From an uncultured bacterium (GTDB lineage: Bacteria > Patescibacteriota > Minisyncoccia > Moranbacterales > GWC2-37-73): a stretch of 64,000 nucleotides of DNA. The translations under genes and the position numbers were made by a program. Every line of letters starts with the position of its first letter. Position 1 is the first letter of the stretch. Under the pieces are notes generated by a model. That model was not told where the DNA came from. It saw nothing but the letters and a program-made list of their open reading frames with translations, and made no database searches. The stretch lies in NCBI GenBank assembly GCA_903851135.1, contig CAINNK010000014.1, forward strand, positions 37,574-101,573. Direction: 5' to 3'. This document shows positions 9,881-19,640 of the stretch, piece by piece.

Positions 9881-10378
9881 CTAGTCGTTGCTCTTGTTGA
9901 TATAAATCAAAAACAACAGCGGCAAAGTCAACCAAGAAAACTTGGCCCAAGGAGAAGTGAAATAAAACAGCGCATCCTTGGAAACATACTGCAAAAGTTG
10001 TTTATCACCCAGAAAAGTTGCTACAACGCTGAAAATCGCTCCGACCTCAAAAAAACTCATCAGGAAAATTTGCCAATAAGCCAGGCCCGAACCGGAAAGG
10101 CCAATGTCAAAAGTGTATCTACCAATTAGCGTCAGCAAGACCAATAAAATCAGAAAAATCAAAACTGGCAAATTTTTGCTGGTGCCAATCAAATCGATTG
10201 GCAAAACTTGCACCAGCGCAAATGAAAGATAGATATTCATGACTGAATTGTGTAAGCGTTTTTTTCCAACTGCCAACCAAAAAATCACTGCAATTGCCAG
10301 CATCACCAAGAGCACTGTAACCAGTTCGGCCAGTGAAGCTGACAAACCAAAACTATGAAAAATTTTTTCTAATTGCAT
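9881..10378 (-). CDS. Hypothetical multi-pass membrane protein
   Basis: About five hydrophobic helices; ATG at 10378. Confidence 0.75.
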   Translation of the reverse strand: MQLEKIFHSFGLSASLAELVTVLLVMLAIAVIFWLAVGKKRLHNSVMNIYLSFALVQVLPIDLIGTSKNLPVLIFLILLVLLTLIGRYTFDIGLSGSGLAYWQIFLMSFFEVGAIFSVVATFLGDKQLLQYVSKDALFYFTSPWAKFSWLTLPLLFLIYINKSND

Positions 10379-10460
10379 ATTTAATTTTGTTTTAAAGTTT
10401 AGCTCAGATAGTAATATTATACATTTATTTCCCATTTGCAACAAGACTGAAAAATTTCAA

Positions 10461-10498
10461 GAAGGCTCAACCTTAGGAACACCGAAGGTTGAGCCTTC
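10461..10498. repeat. REP-like palindrome
   Basis: gaaggctcaacctt ... aaggttgagccttc perfect 14-bp inverted repeat. Confidence 0.7.
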
Positions 10499-10553
10499 GA
10501 CACCCATCACCTAGTGGACAAAACACAAATTGAAGGCTATAATCAGAACCAGT

Positions 10554-12062
10554 ATGGAAGATTCGCAAATACCTAAAAGAATATTCTGGTGGACCCTTTT
10601 TGTGCTCTTTTGGATTGTTTCAACCACAATCATCGGTTACGCCTTCGGCTATCGCTTCAGTTTCAAACGAGGTGTTTTTATTTATGGCGGCTCAATTTCC
10701 ATGAAGACAACGCCTTTGGACTCGGATATCTATATCAACAACGTCCTTTATTCTTCCAAAAAATTAAACCGCATCAACAATTCCTATCACATCGATGGAA
10801 TCACGCCTGGTGATTATCTTTTGGAAGTCCGCTCTCTCGGATATGCAACTTGGTCCAAAAAAGTTTCTGTTCACAGTGGAATCTCAACTGAATTTTGGAA
10901 CGTGGTGTTGACCAAAAATGAATACAAAAAAACCAGCTACGACACCAAGGGCGCGCAACGTTTTTTCGTTTCGCCCAGGAAAAACCTCACTGCTGTGGCT
11001 CAACAAAATGGCAACGATTTTGCCGTCAACATTGTCAGTGCCCAAGACAACACCGTCACCAACATTTTCAGTTCAAATGAATATGTCTTTACTGACAACG
11101 CCAAAGAAAACATTGAATGGACGCCTCAAGCGCATCGAATCATCATTCCAGTCATCAAGAACGACACTCAAAAAGAAAACTATCTCATCGCCGACGTTCC
11201 AGCTGACAAGTTTCTCAACTTGCAAGAACTGGCGCACACTGACGACCTTTCTCACGTGCGTTGGGACCCGAAAACCAAAAACGCTCTGTTCTACATGTCT
11301 GGTGGTAATCTTTATCGCATTGATTTAGACTCGCCAACAGAAATTCGCCAAGTTGCCCAAAACATTGCTAGCTATGAATTGGCTTCTAGCGGACTTTATT
11401 ATTTTCAACTTCCAGAAGGCCTCGTTTACAAAACCAACACTGATGGCACCGACAACCCCACGCAAATCACTTCTTCGGCTCCTTCTCACATGAGCGACCC
11501 AAATTACCAAATCATCGTCTACGACAAAGATAGAATGGTTTTTTTGAATCCAAGTCATGATCTTTATGTTTATAACCAAGGCGAAGACAATGACTATTTT
11601 CAAGAACTTTCCAGCAACGCGCTTGGCTCACAATTTTCAGATGATGGCAAAAAACTGCTTTATTGGAATGAACATGAGGTCAGTGTTTATTTCGCCAGAA
11701 AATGGGACGTGCAACCAATGAGAGCTGAAAATGAAATCTTGCCCATCACGAGATATTCAGATGTCATTTCCAATGTCCAATGGTCACGCGACTATGAACA
11801 CGTTATTTTTTCAACCGGTAAGCTCGTCAAATTTATTGAAACTGATCAGCGCGATCACCGCAACCTCATGGATCTTTTCAAGCTAAATTCCGACAACAGA
11901 CAAATCACCAACAACAATTCCGATGGTTTGATTTATTTCACTGATACCAATGCCGATGGTGCTACCACTCTCAACACTATTGAGTTCCCAGAAAAAACAA
12001 CCTTGTTACAAGGTTTTTTCCCTGGCACCACCAAGACGCCGCCAAGTGCTAACCCACAATAA
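10554..12062 (+). CDS. PEGA-domain membrane-anchored protein with beta-propeller-like C-terminus
   Basis: N-terminal TM ending YAFGYRF, PEGA-like ITPGDYLLEVRSLGY, repeated WSxD/FSxDG strands. Confidence 0.8.
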   Translation: MEDSQIPKRIFWWTLFVLFWIVSTTIIGYAFGYRFSFKRGVFIYGGSISMKTTPLDSDIYINNVLYSSKKLNRINNSYHIDGITPGDYLLEVRSLGYATWSKKVSVHSGISTEFWNVVLTKNEYKKTSYDTKGAQRFFVSPRKNLTAVAQQNGNDFAVNIVSAQDNTVTNIFSSNEYVFTDNAKENIEWTPQAHRIIIPVIKNDTQKENYLIADVPADKFLNLQELAHTDDLSHVRWDPKTKNALFYMSGGNLYRIDLDSPTEIRQVAQNIASYELASSGLYYFQLPEGLVYKTNTDGTDNPTQITSSAPSHMSDPNYQIIVYDKDRMVFLNPSHDLYVYNQGEDNDYFQELSSNALGSQFSDDGKKLLYWNEHEVSVYFARKWDVQPMRAENEILPITRYSDVISNVQWSRDYEHVIFSTGKLVKFIETDQRDHRNLMDLFKLNSDNRQITNNNSDGLIYFTDTNADGATTLNTIEFPEKTTLLQGFFPGTTKTPPSANPQ

Positions 12063-12083
12063 CGAAACACTATCGACTATTTA

Positions 12084-12113
12084 AAAAAGCGCAGATTTGT
12101 TCTGCGCTTTTTT
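12084..12113 (+). terminator. Bidirectional intrinsic terminator
   Basis: aaaaaagcgcaga-tttgt-tctgcgcttttt. Confidence 0.85.
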
Positions 12114-12129
12114 AATATGCTTTCTGACT

Positions 12130-12298
12130 AAAAAGTATCTTTAAATTTTTACGAGCTTGCTTGCTTTTTGGGCCTTTGAGCGACAGCTTCTCTGAGCTCT
12201 TGATTACAACTCCTAACCAAAAACATATCCTAAAAAGTAAATAAGGGAAATGAAAATTGTTAACTTAGTTTTTGAAAGTCATAAATTACGTATGACCC
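12130..12298 (+). repeat. Structured dispersed repeat family A, copy 1
   Basis: Aligns by eye with 46520-46719, 49802-50004 and reverse complement of 48645-48772; core GAGCGACAG. Confidence 0.85.
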
Positions 12299-12305
12299 TA
12301 AAAAA

Positions 12306-12995
12306 CTATTTAACAACTTTCACTTTAACAATAAGATGATTTTTTCCTTGGACGACGCTTTGAAATTTTACTTTCTTGGCGCCCAGCAAATCAAAACCTT
12401 CACCGTCAACCAAAGTTGCAGCGTCGCGGCCGCCAATAATCAAATCTCCAATCTTCAAACGAATTTCGTCCACCAAGTCTTTTTCCAAAAGTGATGCATT
12501 TAGTTCTCCGCCGCCTTCAACTAAAATAGTTTTGATCCCTTCTTCAAAAAGAAAAAACATCATTTTTTCCAAATCGACAATTTTCTCGCCCAAGACATAA
12601 ACTTTTGCTTTTTTTCTGATTTCCTCAATTCTTCTGTCTGTGGTTTTGGCGGTCGTGAAAATCATTTTGTCACCCTCCCCTTCCGTGAAAAATTTTCCAT
12701 CCAAATCCAAACTGCCAGCATTGGAAACAACCGTAATCTTGATTGGCTCAGCACTTTTGCCAGCTCTGATTCTGTCATTTTTGCGTTTCTGTGTCTTGAG
12801 TGTCAAACTTGGATCATCTTGCCTCAATGTGTTTCCGCCAACCAAAATTGCATCCGCCTCCGCGCGCGCGTCCAAAAGCATCTCCTTGTCATTGTCAGAA
12901 GAAATGGGTATCTGCTCGCTTTTATAATTGCTAATCTTTCCATCCAGCGACATCCCCGCGCAGATGAAAACAAAAGGACGATTTTTTGATGACAT
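12306..12995 (-). CDS. RibD C-terminal-type pyrimidine reductase (DHFR-fold)
   Basis: MSLDGKI, DAILVGGNTLRQDDPSL, VEGGGEL motifs; no deaminase domain. Confidence 0.88.
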   Translation of the reverse strand: MSSKNRPFVFICAGMSLDGKISNYKSEQIPISSDNDKEMLLDARAEADAILVGGNTLRQDDPSLTLKTQKRKNDRIRAGKSAEPIKITVVSNAGSLDLDGKFFTEGEGDKMIFTTAKTTDRRIEEIRKKAKVYVLGEKIVDLEKMMFFLFEEGIKTILVEGGGELNASLLEKDLVDEIRLKIGDLIIGGRDAATLVDGEGFDLLGAKKVKFQSVVQGKNHLIVKVKVVK

Positions 12996-13014
12996 ATTTT
13001 TTGGAAAAAATAAT

Positions 13015-13488
13015 TTATAATCCCCAATTTTCAAGACTATATTTTTCTTGTTGCAAAACTATTTTGATTTGCTTTTGAATTTCTTTTATATCTTCGTCAT
13101 TTAGGGGTTCAAAATTATCGTAAAACCCAGTTTCTCTTTGCGGAAAATAACACGCATCCCCATATTTATGAGTTTTTGCACTTTTAGCTCTCCCATATAG
13201 ATGGAGATGAAAATATGGTCCCTCGGGTTTGAAAACACTCCAATTTCCATTGTCTTGATAATTAATCCGACCAATATCAACTCCGCGATTATTCAAACCC
13301 ATGGTCATTGCTTCACCAATCAACATTGTCAAACGCATATATTCGATTGCCATTTGAGGTGAAAGCTGGGTTCGGTCAACTAAATGCTTCTTTGGCGCAA
13401 TCTTAATATGTCCACCATCCAATCTATCAACATGTGGCTTTTCAAATGCCTCAACAATAAAATTTTCTGTTTCGTAAATTTGAGTCAT
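13015..13488 (-). CDS. HIT-family protein
   Basis: GGHIKI...RINY..GNW...YFHLHLYGR (degenerate histidine triad). Confidence 0.75.
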   Translation of the reverse strand: MTQIYETENFIVEAFEKPHVDRLDGGHIKIAPKKHLVDRTQLSPQMAIEYMRLTMLIGEAMTMGLNNRGVDIGRINYQDNGNWSVFKPEGPYFHLHLYGRAKSAKTHKYGDACYFPQRETGFYDNFEPLNDEDIKEIQKQIKIVLQQEKYSLENWGL

Positions 13489-13500
13489 AATTAATTAGTC

Positions 13501-14067
13501 TTAAAAGTTTTTTGCATCTTTAATATACTTCTTTAATGTAACATAATATTCTTCCAATTCTTGCTTACAAATATCTAACGACAAGATGGCATATTTCTCA
13601 TCCATTTTTTCTTCGGCACTTTTTAGGCATTCCAAAAAGATTGGATTTCTTTTACCCAAAATTGTCAGGAATAAGAAAAAACCTTTTGGATGAATGAAGC
13701 GATAACAATCAGCATTTGCGCAAATTTCAGCTTCCAAGCATTCGAAAGGAACTTTGCCATGATGGGCTTCAACACAGTTTAAAATTTTTGTTTTTGAAAA
13801 TTCATCCAATTCAAATTTCTGCAAAAATTCTGCTGCAGCGTCCACGCTCATTTTAACATGTTCGGCAACCCTATTTTCCGAAGCAGCCTGTCCGAGTTTC
13901 AAATCCATCAGATAAACTCCGATTTGAACGATTTCTTTGTCAGCACCAAGTTTTTCAGCCAATTCAATGGCTTTTTTCTCAGAAATTTCGAAATGAACCA
14001 ATGATGGCAAGCCAAATTTTTCAATCTCAGCTAACGCATATTTTTTTGATTCTTGGATGATGTCCAT
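13501..14067 (-). CDS. HD-domain-like protein
   Basis: H...LAEKLGAD..YLMD...EAHH...EAEICANAD spacing of the HD fold, with HD replaced by MD. Confidence 0.7.
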   Translation of the reverse strand: MDIIQESKKYALAEIEKFGLPSLVHFEISEKKAIELAEKLGADKEIVQIGVYLMDLKLGQAASENRVAEHVKMSVDAAAEFLQKFELDEFSKTKILNCVEAHHGKVPFECLEAEICANADCYRFIHPKGFFLFLTILGKRNPIFLECLKSAEEKMDEKYAILSLDICKQELEEYYVTLKKYIKDAKNF

Positions 14068-14069
14068 AA

Positions 14070-14648
14070 TTATTTCTTTAAAAAGTTATTAATTTTTTCA
14101 AACAATTTTTCATGATCAACTTTTCCAAAGTCAGTTGTGTCAAATTCGAAAACATCAACTCCAATTTCAAGTGGCTGGTTAACTTCGTGCAAATTTTGCA
14201 TAAACTTTTTGTCATGCATTTTGATTGCATCCCTGTGCCCAAGGTGGCGCGAATTTGAAACAGCTCTTTCTTTGAAACGTTTTTCAACAGCTTCTTTGTT
14301 AGTTCTACAGTAAATATAAAAAACTTCAGCACTATTTTCCGATATCATGGTTTTTATTCTTTCATTATTCCAATCTGGATGAAAATTGCCTTCAACTACA
14401 GTTGCTATCGGTGATTTCAAACAAGATTGCAAAACATAGTAAAGCAATTCAAAACTCGTCTTCCCCATATCCTTGAGCGTTTTTTCTGCCAATCCTTTCC
14501 ATTGCAAACCATCATACATGACTTCTTTGATTGCATCACTGCCAAAAACTGGCAAAGCAAAACGCTCGGCAATTTTTTTCGAAAGTGTCGTCTTTCCCGA
14601 AGCCGGCGGACCAGAAATGAGGATGAGTTTTGGGTTATTTTTATTCAC
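14070..14648 (-). CDS. P-loop kinase (AAA_33/nucleotide-kinase-like)
   Basis: GPPASGKTT Walker A, D.IKE, VVEGNF, RFKER lid. Confidence 0.85.
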   Translation of the reverse strand: MNKNNPKLILISGPPASGKTTLSKKIAERFALPVFGSDAIKEVMYDGLQWKGLAEKTLKDMGKTSFELLYYVLQSCLKSPIATVVEGNFHPDWNNERIKTMISENSAEVFYIYCRTNKEAVEKRFKERAVSNSRHLGHRDAIKMHDKKFMQNLHEVNQPLEIGVDVFEFDTTDFGKVDHEKLFEKINNFLKK

Positions 14649-14671
14649 AATTTGTACATTAATAAAAATGC

Positions 14672-15434
14672 TTATTTATGACTAACTACAAAATCCACAA
14701 CATCTTGAATCATTTTCTGAAAATCTTCCGGTTTTGAAAAATAATGGTCAGCGCCGGGAAAAATTTCAAGTTTGCAATTTTCAACAAGGCTGGAAAATTT
14801 TTGGGCTTCTTTAATTGTAACATTTTCATCTCGATCGCCAACTAGAATGATTGTTGGTGCTTTTATTTTTCCGCCGACTTCCCAAGTGTTGTTATTTTTG
14901 AAATCCTCAACAAAAGAATATTTCAAGTCTCGAAACTTTTCCATCTCTGTTTGTATGCTCAATATAGCCTAATTTCTGCCAATTTTCCATCCCAGTCTCA
15001 CCTCTGAACCTAAATTCATTTTGGAAATAATCGATAACAGGCGATTTTAGCACGAGCACAAACAAATTACTTAATTTTGAGGCTTCCATGATTGAAGCAA
15101 CTCCGCCGAAACTGGCGCCCAGCAGACCGATTTTAGAATATCCCAACGCTTTCAAAAATTCAATTGAACTCTCGATGTCCCTGACAGCCTGTGAAATCGT
15201 CAAATCTTCAATGTTTCCTTCACTTTCACCATGCCCGAAAAAATCAAAACGAAAAGTCGAAATGTCTTTTTGATTCAAAGCCTTTTCAATGGAAACATAA
15301 GTCCTGCTGTCCTTACCGGAAAAATTTCCATGGCAAACAACGACAACTGGTTTACCCTTGTCATCTGAGGGGTTAGAAATAATTCCGCAAAGTTTCAACC
15401 CTTCCTTGTTTTTAAAAAATATTTTTTCTTGCAT
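14672..15434 (-). pseudogene. Alpha/beta hydrolase split by a +1 frameshift near 14925
   Basis: N-part has HG, FDFFGHGESEG and GASFGG nucleophile elbow; the overlapping frame has VGDRDENV and GADH catalytic Asp/His. Confidence 0.8.
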
Positions 15435-15444
15435 AAAAATCTCT

Positions 15445-16083
15445 TTACTCCCTTGTGCTTAATGCAACTTTAATCCCGAGCAAAATCAGGGCGGCGCCGG
15501 TTAGGCGTTCAAGCCAGTGTCCAATCTTTTTGATTTTGCTTTTCAATGCATCATTTGAAAACAACATCGCTACAATCACAAACCAACTGCCAATTACAAA
15601 CGCAACTTCCAAACCGAGTAAAACTTGAATCAAAAATGGCGTGCCAGTTGAAATAAATTGCATGAAAAGACTCAAAAAGAAAAGAGTCACTTTCGGATTA
15701 AGCGCATTCGTAGCGATGCCAGAAAGCATCGCTTTTGCCGGTGAAATATTTTTTGCCTTGTCACTTTCCTTTTCAATTTCATTTTTCTGAAATTGCGGCT
15801 TGGCGCTGATCGATTTGAGCCCAAGATAAATCAAATAAATTGCTCCAACGTATTTGATTAAATTAAACAGAAGAATTGATTTGGAAATAATCAGGCCAAT
15901 TCCAGCCAAAGTATAAAAAACGTGCACCAGAACCCCGAGTCCGATTCCAATAGCCGTGAAAATTCCGATTTTGCGAGAGTGCACCAGGGAATTTCTCGTG
16001 ACCAACACAAAATCCGCTCCCGGACTCATCGCTCCCAAAAGTGCAATCGTTGCAAGGCCTATAAATTGTGGTAAATATTGCAT
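15445..16083 (-). CDS. LysE/RhtB family amino-acid exporter
   Basis: SPGADF, GAIYLIYLG, NALNPK motifs. Confidence 0.92.
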   Translation of the reverse strand: MQYLPQFIGLATIALLGAMSPGADFVLVTRNSLVHSRKIGIFTAIGIGLGVLVHVFYTLAGIGLIISKSILLFNLIKYVGAIYLIYLGLKSISAKPQFQKNEIEKESDKAKNISPAKAMLSGIATNALNPKVTLFFLSLFMQFISTGTPFLIQVLLGLEVAFVIGSWFVIVAMLFSNDALKSKIKKIGHWLERLTGAALILLGIKVALSTRE

Positions 16084-16249
16084 AAGATTATTTTTTAATA
16101 ATTCCCCCTCCTCCATTCACTTCTCTTCTGATGCATTCTTTCATTGAAGCCTCCTTGCTGGACAAAATCAACGCTCTTTTTTCACATCCATTTTAACACA
16201 AAAAGCAAGAAAAATCTCAACGTTCTTGCATTTTGCATTCTTGCATTCC

Positions 16250-16396
16250 CCTCCGCACATTGCGCAGTGCGTAGGTAAAAGACGAGTGATGAGCGTTAAG
16301 AAATTTTGAAACGCAGTGAGGTCAGCAGACCGAACGGAGTGTAAATTTTAGCGAAGAGTGAAGTCTTTGCCCCAGCAACAAGCACGTGTCGGGAGA
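16250..16396. repeat. GC-rich long hairpin element
   Basis: ctccgcaca..aaagac..aaatttt..ggtc-agca-gacc..aaatttt..gtcttt..tgtcgggag nested symmetry. Confidence 0.55.
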
Positions 16397-16477
16397 TTTT
16401 CACCCAAAGGGTGATCATCCTCTGGATGACTTTTGTAACTTTTCTATTAAAAGAAAAGTTAACCCTGAATTTTCAAC

Positions 16478-16508
16478 AAAAGAGTCCCGAAAAAATCGGG
16501 ACTCTTTT
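16478..16508 (-). terminator. dnaK terminator
   Basis: aaaagagtcccga-aaaaa-tcgggactctttt. Confidence 0.85.
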
Positions 16509-16514
16509 CGAAGC

Positions 16515-18434
16515 TTATTTCTTTTCTTCTTCTTTCTTCTCACCTTCAACCTCCGCATCTTTTACCTCTGGTTCGCCTTCCTTCTTCGGTTCGGCGCCTT
16601 CAGCTGCAGTTCCTTCAGCTCCAGGTTGTGGTTGCGCGGCAGCGTAAAGTTTTTCACCAATCTTTTGGGCGGCTTGTGAAAGAGTTTCTGACTTGGCTTT
16701 GATGGCGCTCAAGTCTTCGCCGTTTTTCACTTTATTGAGTTCCTCAATCGCTTCTTGGACAGGTTTTTTCTCATCTTCCGTGAGTTTGTCACCAGCATCG
16801 CGCATCGCTTTTTCAGTTGAATACACAAGCGTGTCAGCCATGTTGCGAGCTTCGACAAGTTCTTTCTTAAGCTTGTCTTCTTCGGCATGCATCTCGGCAT
16901 CCTTGGTCATCTTTTCAATTTCTTCTTTGGAAAGTCCAGAGGAAGCTTCAATTTTGATTGATTGTGATTTGCCAGTCGCTTTATCCTTGGCAGTAACATT
17001 CAAAATTCCATTAGCGTCAATGTCAAATTCAACTTCAACTTGCGGAATGCCTCTTGGAGCTGGTGGAATTCCATCCAAAATAAATCTTCCAAGAGTTTTG
17101 TTGCCGGAAGCCACTTCGCGTTCGCCTTGGAGCACGTGGATTTCAACGCTAGGTTGATTGTCAGCGGCTGTTGAAAACACCTGAGATTTTGAAGTTGGAA
17201 TAGTTGTGTTGCGATTGATCAGTGGAGTTGAAATTCCTCCCATCGTTTCGATTCCGAGGGTCAGCGGGGTCACATCCAGCAAAAGCACATCTTTGACTGA
17301 ACCTTCCAACACTCCACCTTGAATGGCAGCACCGAGCGCCACAACTTCATCGGGATTGACGGTGATGTTTGGTTTTTTGCCAAAGAATTTTTCCACAGTT
17401 TGCAAAACCAGTGGCATGCGAGTCATGCCTCCCACCATCACAACTTCGTTGATGTCCGAGGTTGAAAGTTTGGCATCTGCAAGTGCCTTTTTTACTGGCT
17501 CTAATGTCTTTGTGACCAAGTCACCCACCAGTTCTTCCAGTTTGGCGCGAGTCAGTTTCATCACCAAATGTTTTGGACCTCCAGCATCAGAAGTGATGAA
17601 CGGTTGGTTGATTTCACTTTCCATCGCAGTTGAAAGTTCAATTTTGGCTTTTTCAGCTGCCTCTTTGATTCGTTGCAGTGAAAGCGGATCATTGGAAAGG
17701 TCGATGCCTTCTTGCTTTTTGAATTCAGAGATAATCCAAGCAATGATCACTTGGTCAAAGTCATCGCCACCAAGATGCGTGTCACCATTGGTTGATTTCA
17801 CTTCGACAGTATCGCCGCCAACTTCCAAAATGGAAATATCGAAAGTTCCACCACCCAAATCATAAACCGCAATTTTTTCATCTTGTTTTTTGTCAAAACC
17901 ATATGCTAATGCTGCCGCGGTTGGTTCATTGATGATACGACGGACATTGAGGCCCGCAATTTCACCAGCTTCTTTGGTGGCTTTGCGTTGAGAATCATCG
18001 AAATAGGCAGGCACAGTAATCACCGCATCTGTGATTTTTTCGCCCAATTTTTCTTCGATATCACTTTTGATTTTTTGCAAAATCATCGCGGAAATTTCTT
18101 GCGGAGTGTAGTCCTTGTCACCCATGGTCACTTTGACAGTCTCGCCAGCGTGCACGATTTTGTACGGCATCGTCTTTTCATCACGTTGAACTTCCGCGTC
18201 GTGATAAGAACGTCCAATCAAACGTTTGATGGAAAACAAAGTGTTGCCTGGATTGGTCACCCCTTGGCGTTTGGCCAAAAGTCCCACCAATCTTTCACCC
18301 GACTTTGAAATAGCCACCATTGAAGGCGTCGTGCGATTGCCTTCTTTGTTTTCAATAATTTCCGGTTTACCACCCATCACGACTGCAAAAGCCGAGTTGG
18401 TGGTTCCCAGATCAATTCCAATAATTTTACTCAT
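16515..18434 (-). CDS. dnaK: Chaperone DnaK (Hsp70)
   Basis: [30 protein letters not shown] motifs. Confidence 0.99.
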   Translation of the reverse strand: MSKIIGIDLGTTNSAFAVVMGGKPEIIENKEGNRTTPSMVAISKSGERLVGLLAKRQGVTNPGNTLFSIKRLIGRSYHDAEVQRDEKTMPYKIVHAGETVKVTMGDKDYTPQEISAMILQKIKSDIEEKLGEKITDAVITVPAYFDDSQRKATKEAGEIAGLNVRRIINEPTAAALAYGFDKKQDEKIAVYDLGGGTFDISILEVGGDTVEVKSTNGDTHLGGDDFDQVIIAWIISEFKKQEGIDLSNDPLSLQRIKEAAEKAKIELSTAMESEINQPFITSDAGGPKHLVMKLTRAKLEELVGDLVTKTLEPVKKALADAKLSTSDINEVVMVGGMTRMPLVLQTVEKFFGKKPNITVNPDEVVALGAAIQGGVLEGSVKDVLLLDVTPLTLGIETMGGISTPLINRNTTIPTSKSQVFSTAADNQPSVEIHVLQGEREVASGNKTLGRFILDGIPPAPRGIPQVEVEFDIDANGILNVTAKDKATGKSQSIKIEASSGLSKEEIEKMTKDAEMHAEEDKLKKELVEARNMADTLVYSTEKAMRDAGDKLTEDEKKPVQEAIEELNKVKNGEDLSAIKAKSETLSQAAQKIGEKLYAAAQPQPGAEGTAAEGAEPKKEGEPEVKDAEVEGEKKEEEKK

Positions 18435-18562
18435 ATTGTTTTTTAAACCCACAAATCTACAAATCAGCTACAAATCCACAAATTAAATTCGCAGACTGTT
18501 TATAAAATTGTACGTTAAATTATTTATTACTTACTTATTTTTTAAATTAATACCTCATTATG

Positions 18563-18668
18563 TGTCATTCTGAACTTGTTTCAGAATCTGCTTTCTTTAT
18601 TTCTTGCAGTTTTCTGTAACAGAGATGCTGAAACCCTCCAAAAGCGGACAGGCAAGTTCAGCATGACA
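18563..18668. repeat. GTCATT-ended palindromic element with 19-nt insertion in one arm
   Basis: tgtcattctgaacttgtttcagaatct ... agatgctgaaac[cctccaaaagcggacaggc]aagttcagcatgaca. Confidence 0.8.
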
Positions 18669-18856
18669 TTGTTTGTCGTCTTTTTTATATTGTTCGCTGT
18701 TTATTGTATTTTGACTATTGAGTGTGCTACAATAATTTTAGAGCTTGGCACATCGTTTGCCAGTTTTGCCCCTCGGGATTTTTGAACCATGCCCGCTGGG
18801 GCTTTTTTCTTTCCCTACGCTCTTCTCCCTAAAATCTAACATCTATAATCTAAAAT

Positions 18857-19483
18857 CTATTCCACGACCACTCTCGCCGCTCTAATAACTTTGTCTCCAA
18901 TCTTATAGCCCTTCATCATCACGGTCTTGATTTTATTTTTAAATTTCTCTTTTTCCTTCTCTTTCTCGCAATCGCAGTGGCCGCATCCACATTCCTTGTC
19001 CGCAATAGCTTCATGGAAAACCGGATCAAAGGTGTCACCAACTTTTGGCGCAATTTCCTCAATGCCATTTTCGATCAGCACCGCTTCCAGTTGCTTTTGA
19101 ATATACATAATCCCCGTCACCCAGCCGCCATCTTTCTGATCCTCGGGAATATGAGCAGTCGACATTTGAAAATTGTCCAACACTGGGATAATCTGCAAAA
19201 TGATGTTTTGCGTGGCATATTTGATCAAATCTTTTTGCGACTCCGCCTGCATGCGCTTGTAATTTTCAAAATCAGCTTGCGTCCGTTTCCAGCCTGCCAA
19301 ATTTTCTTTGGCCTGTTTTTCAAAATTTGTTTCACCGCTTTCTGCCTCATCGGCAGATAAGTCTGCTTCATCGGCAGATAAATCTTCGGTAACTTCATTT
19401 TCAACATCAACCACCTCTTCAATCTTCTCTTTCTCGGCGATGTCTTTTTCCAATTCCTCTTTTTCCTTTGTTTGTTTTGTCAT
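18857..19483 (-). CDS. grpE: Nucleotide exchange factor GrpE
   Basis: RTQADFENYKR, FDPVFHEA, KGYKIGDKVIRAARVVV; position between hrcA and dnaK. Confidence 0.96.
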   Translation of the reverse strand: MTKQTKEKEELEKDIAEKEKIEEVVDVENEVTEDLSADEADLSADEAESGETNFEKQAKENLAGWKRTQADFENYKRMQAESQKDLIKYATQNIILQIIPVLDNFQMSTAHIPEDQKDGGWVTGIMYIQKQLEAVLIENGIEEIAPKVGDTFDPVFHEAIADKECGCGHCDCEKEKEKEKFKNKIKTVMMKGYKIGDKVIRAARVVVE

Positions 19484-19640
19484 AAAATTTTTTATTCCTA
19501 CGAAATTACAAAATTATACAAAAATACAAAAACTTGCAAACTTACTTTAGGTCTAGCTGTGAACTAGCAACCGTGAACTGTAAACAATCTTGCACCCTAA
19601 CAATATAACAATTTAGCAATGTAACAATTTCAAATTTTTT

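Noticed and set aside
14907-14970. Hydrolase frameshift as target of the 8-nt-loop tRNA
   Set aside because: No in-frame GCA-A or CAA-A quadruplet in the overlap where the shift must occur
16693-18486. Long plus-strand ORFs antisense to dnaK (similar ones opposite lysS, ugd, pyrG, DUF4012)
   Set aside because: Shadow frames of conserved genes
18711-18735. Second CIRCE upstream of dnaK
   Set aside because: Only a partial half-site (gagtgtgcta), no matching inverted half at 9-nt spacing
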